From: Vicugna vicugna | Taxonomy: Eukaryota | NCBI GenBank assembly: GCA_013265495.1 | Contig: MU058198.1 | Span: 1,066,419 to 1,130,418 of the forward strand | Reading direction: 5' to 3' | Length of the DNA stretch: 64,000 bases | Part shown: positions 62,941 to 64,000 of the stretch, piece after piece | How positions within the stretch are numbered: position 1 is the first letter of the stretch | Layout of the letters: the number at the start of each line of letters is the position of its first letter | Translations under genes and position numbers: made by a program | The notes under the pieces: generated by a model | The model's input: only the letters and a program-made list of their open reading frames with translations | Databases searched by the model: none | Told to the model about the DNA's origin: nothing

Positions 62941-63629
62941 GCTCTTGGGGGTCACGGCAAGTCAAAAACATTTCCTCTGCATCAAGAAACATTCAGACAA
63001 TACCGCCGGGGCTGTGGATATGTGAGCGAGCCTTTATGCTTGAGGGCTTTATAGTTTTATTAGAGATCCCCAACATCCTCCTGAACACAAAACATGAAAC
63101 ATCCAGATTAAAAAATAGGCAATGCTGTGTCTCATTAGTGGAACTTGAAGTTATCGCGGGAGCTACGTGGACAACTAGTCGACCACAGAGAGACCACATT
63201 TCCCTTGCAAATTTTCACTGATTTCTGATCTGCCAAGGAGGACATCTTCAGTTGGTGCTGATACGTCTTTACAGCCTTCTAGAACTCGCCAGTCTCCCTC
63301 TATAACAGAGGGAGAGGCACTGAAGTTACTTTTTATTTACCTTTTATTTCCGGCAACTCTAGCTCGGTGTCACCTGCGGATGGAGAAGGTTGTGAATGAC
63401 AGAAAATAAGAGTGATTAGCGAATCCAGTAGACGCGGGAAGAATGGGACACAGAAATTCAGCGCGTGGCCAGAGTGGTCGGAGCTGGTCAGGAGATGTTT
63501 CCCGGAGGGGGCTGAGCTTGATCTAGGGGGTAAATAGATGCAGGAGAAAGACAATTCCAGGCAGGGAGGCCAGAGGCCTGGCGTGGTTTCCTGGCCTCCC
63601 TGGAACAGGCTTCCCAGACTTGACTCCAG

Positions 63630-63925
63630 GGCTGGGGTCCCAGTACCACTTCCTGGGAGAAGACTTTCTTGACCTCAGTGTAGCTCTGCTCCCTTGTCAC
63701 ACACTCCCTTTTGTCCCCTTTTTCAACTCAGAACATTTATCACAGTTTGTAATTACATATCTATTTGTGAGATAATTGGATTAATATTGGAGTCTGCCCA
63801 CTCCCCATCCCCATTACACCGTAAGTTTTTTCCAGGATAGAAACGCTGCCTGTTTTTGTTGCTGGTGCATCCCTGGTGTCCAGTAGAGTGTTTGGCATGA
63901 GGTAGGGCCTCAATTATTGTCCAAT
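63630..63925 (+). mobile_element. L2 3' end
   Basis: tatcacagtttgtaatta..catccctggtgtccagtagagtgtttggcat. Confidence 0.7.
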
Positions 63926-64000
63926 TAATCCATCCATTAATTCATTCATCACTGGTTGTGTTTTCCACCACCGCTGTCCAAAGGGCAAGGAAAAGAGAAC

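Noticed and set aside
1..64000. CRISPR array, operon or other prokaryote-style novel system
   Set aside because: The window is mammalian repeat-rich non-coding DNA with no regularly spaced repeats or gene-dense structure.

Overview
This is mammalian non-coding DNA. Two tRNA-Ala-derived SINEs of the vic-1 type and the style of the young L1 3' ends point to a camelid (alpaca, llama or camel). No protein-coding gene, true tRNA, rRNA, CRISPR array or prokaryotic system is supported; the supplied ORFs look like chance ORFs in repeats and low-complexity DNA. Much of the window is interspersed repeats: dense ancient MIR and L2, MaLR/ERVL LTRs, hAT and TcMar MITEs, old L1M fragments, and young L1 or SINE insertions with readable target-site duplications (TSDs). 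Between them lie repeat-free blocks rich in homeodomain, E-box, SOX, FOX and nuclear-receptor motifs, as expected in a long intron or gene desert of a developmental locus; I cannot name the gene. The best observations concern retrotransposon mechanics (a TSD-bounded chimeric L1, an orphan L1 5'UTR fused to an LTR, short 3' extensions), a CpG-retaining LTR promoter remnant, a recurring enhancer-like motif pair, and one weak exon candidate. Repeat names come from recalled consensus sequences, not a search. Boundaries are approximate unless TSDs are given.
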